DNA from: an uncultured Clostridia bacterium
GTDB taxonomy: Bacteria; Bacillota; Clostridia; UBA1212; UBA1255
Direction of reading: 5' to 3'
Assembly: GCA_947625435.1 (NCBI GenBank)
Contig: CANQOI010000003.1
Span: forward strand, 1,591-65,590
DNA length: 64,000 nucleotides
Shown piece by piece: positions 62,917 to 64,000 of the stretch. Numbering within the stretch: position 1 is the stretch's first letter; every line of letters starts with the position of its first letter. The notes beneath the pieces were generated by a model, which made no database searches, was not told the DNA's origin, and saw only the letters and a list, made by a program, of their open reading frames with translations. Position numbers and translations under genes: made by a program.

Positions 62917-64000
62917 ATGATCACGAAACGAGTTACCCATGTGTGTACGACCGATAAAGAAAAGCAGCTTGCAAAGGACCGTCTGTCCGAGCTGTTCGGA
63001 TCGTACGACAGACTTCCGTTTTCCTTTAAAATAGGTGATAAGGCCTATCACGGTTTCGATGACGATTTCACCTATGTTTCACGAGAGACATCGGAAGAAC
63101 ATATTACGAAAAAGCACGCATCATACTCTGTAAAGAAAACGCTTATCACCGCGCGGCACACGAGCGGCACGGAGGTAACCTGCGAATGCTCCTACTATCA
63201 TGATTATGCTGTTTTTGAATGGGTGCTGCATTTCAGGAACACGGCGGACGTGAATTCTCCCTATATAAGCTGCGTGAATGCGGCGGATACGGATTTTACG
63301 GGAGCGTCGCCTGTGCTCGAATACTTCTTCGGAGATGACTGTTCCGATCAGAAGGCTATGAAGCCCTGCACTGCCGACCTTAATACGGGTCTTGCGATGG
63401 AATTTGAGCCCTTCGGAGGACGCCCCACCAATTTTCAGCTGCCGTTTTACCGCCTTTACTGCGGCGACACGGGTGCTGTCATTTCTGTGGGCTGGGCAGG
63501 CCAGTGGAGAGCCTGTTTTGATGCCCGGAACAGGATGGGAAGCGTTCATTTTACCGCCGGTCAGGCCGAGCTCTGCGGTTATCTGAAGCCGGGTGAGGAT
63601 ATACGCACGCCACTTATAACCGTGCTGAATTTTACGAGCTGTCCGGGATACAAGGTGACTGAGATGCGCGCGCTGAACCTCTGGAGAAGATGGCTTATAG
63701 ACTGCAATCTCAAAACGATAAACGGTGAGCTGTTCCCGCCCCGCTGCGCTGCGAGCACTTCATGGATATACGGTGAAATGCGCGATGCTACAGACCGCAA
63801 TCAGGTAGAGGCGTTTGATACATATATAAACAACGGACTCGATCTCGACTTCTGGTGGATGGACGCCGGATGGTATGTGAAGGACCCTGACGGCACGCCT
63901 ATCTCAAGCTGGGTGGAAACGGGCTCGTGGTACATCGATAAGAACCGGTTCCCTAGTGAAATGTCGGATGTTTCGAAGCACTGCGCGGAGCATAACGCAA
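62917..64000 (+). CDS. glycoside hydrolase, GH36/GH27-like alpha-galactosidase family (partial; continues beyond window)
   Basis: I found this ORF by hand: ATG at 62917 after GAAGGATGG, open to the window end. It contains GLDLDFWWMDAGWY, resembling the (F/L)xxDDGW(F/Y) motif of clan GH-D enzymes. Confidence 0.45.
   Translation, partial: MITKRVTHVCTTDKEKQLAKDRLSELFGSYDRLPFSFKIGDKAYHGFDDDFTYVSRETSEEHITKKHASYSVKKTLITARHTSGTEVTCECSYYHDYAVFEWVLHFRNTADVNSPYISCVNAADTDFTGASPVLEYFFGDDCSDQKAMKPCTADLNTGLAMEFEPFGGRPTNFQLPFYRLYCGDTGAVISVGWAGQWRACFDARNRMGSVHFTAGQAELCGYLKPGEDIRTPLITVLNFTSCPGYKVTEMRALNLWRRWLIDCNLKTINGELFPPRCAASTSWIYGEMRDATDRNQVEAFDTYINNGLDLDFWWMDAGWYVKDPDGTPISSWVETGSWYIDKNRFPSEMSDVSKHCAEHNA

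Noticed and set aside
62854-63800. Minus-strand ORFs 62854-63051, 63121-63549 and 63579-63800
   Set aside because: They are antisense to the long plus-strand glycoside-hydrolase ORF that begins at 62917, which is absent from the track because it has no stop inside the window.
1-64000. tRNA, rRNA and CRISPR arrays
   Set aside because: No cloverleaf-compatible segments with GTTCGAATC-type T-arms were seen. There are no rRNA-like stretches and no regularly spaced direct repeats with unique spacers. The only tandem repeat (4100-4156) is degenerate and lacks spacers.

Overview
This 64 kb window looks like chromosome from an endospore-forming Firmicutes (Clostridia-like) organism. Sporulation genes are present (dpaA/dpaB, spmA/spmB, an alpha/beta-type SASP, abrB), and GC content is roughly 50-55% by eye. 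Most of it is conserved core on the minus strand. (1) The complete S10-spc-alpha ribosomal protein cluster runs rpsJ to rplQ, including secY, adk, map, infA, rpmJ and rpoA, and is followed by ecfA1-ecfA2-ecfT. (2) A block carries hyp-nnr-alr-ndoAI-ndoA, gltX, glnS and a csoR-copA copper operon with a recognisable CsoR operator. (3) Then come rpoB-rpoC-rpsL-rpsG-fusA-tuf. (4) Finally a pentose-phosphate/PFOR block: rpiB, a split transketolase and nifJ. The plus strand carries dpaA-dpaB, a NusG-paralog beside an LCP-family gene, ispD and abrB. The stand-out feature is a ~2.7 kb low-GC insertion at ~4976-7736, between a glycerophosphodiester phosphodiesterase gene and nifJ. It encodes a translationally coupled pair: an ABC/AAA_21-type ATPase (RloA/AbiLi-like) and an RloB-family, TOPRIM/OLD-like protein. 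Two small coupled ORFs follow, one with a HExxH motif, and the module ends at a strong hairpin. This is a candidate anti-phage, abortive-infection-type module of the split OLD/PARIS/AbiL architectural class. A second AT-rich patch at ~13750-15117 holds a frameshifted remnant of a COG1373/DUF4143 ATPase gene and an unassignable 327-aa ORF. Other notable points are an orphan promoter plus hairpin/terminator unit that may be a small RNA (30481-30780), promoters for the str and S10 operons, a long S10 leader with a hairpin/U-tract, a CopA with an extra C-terminal HMA domain, and unusual forms of ribosomal proteins L24, L22 and L17. I found no tRNA, rRNA or CRISPR array.
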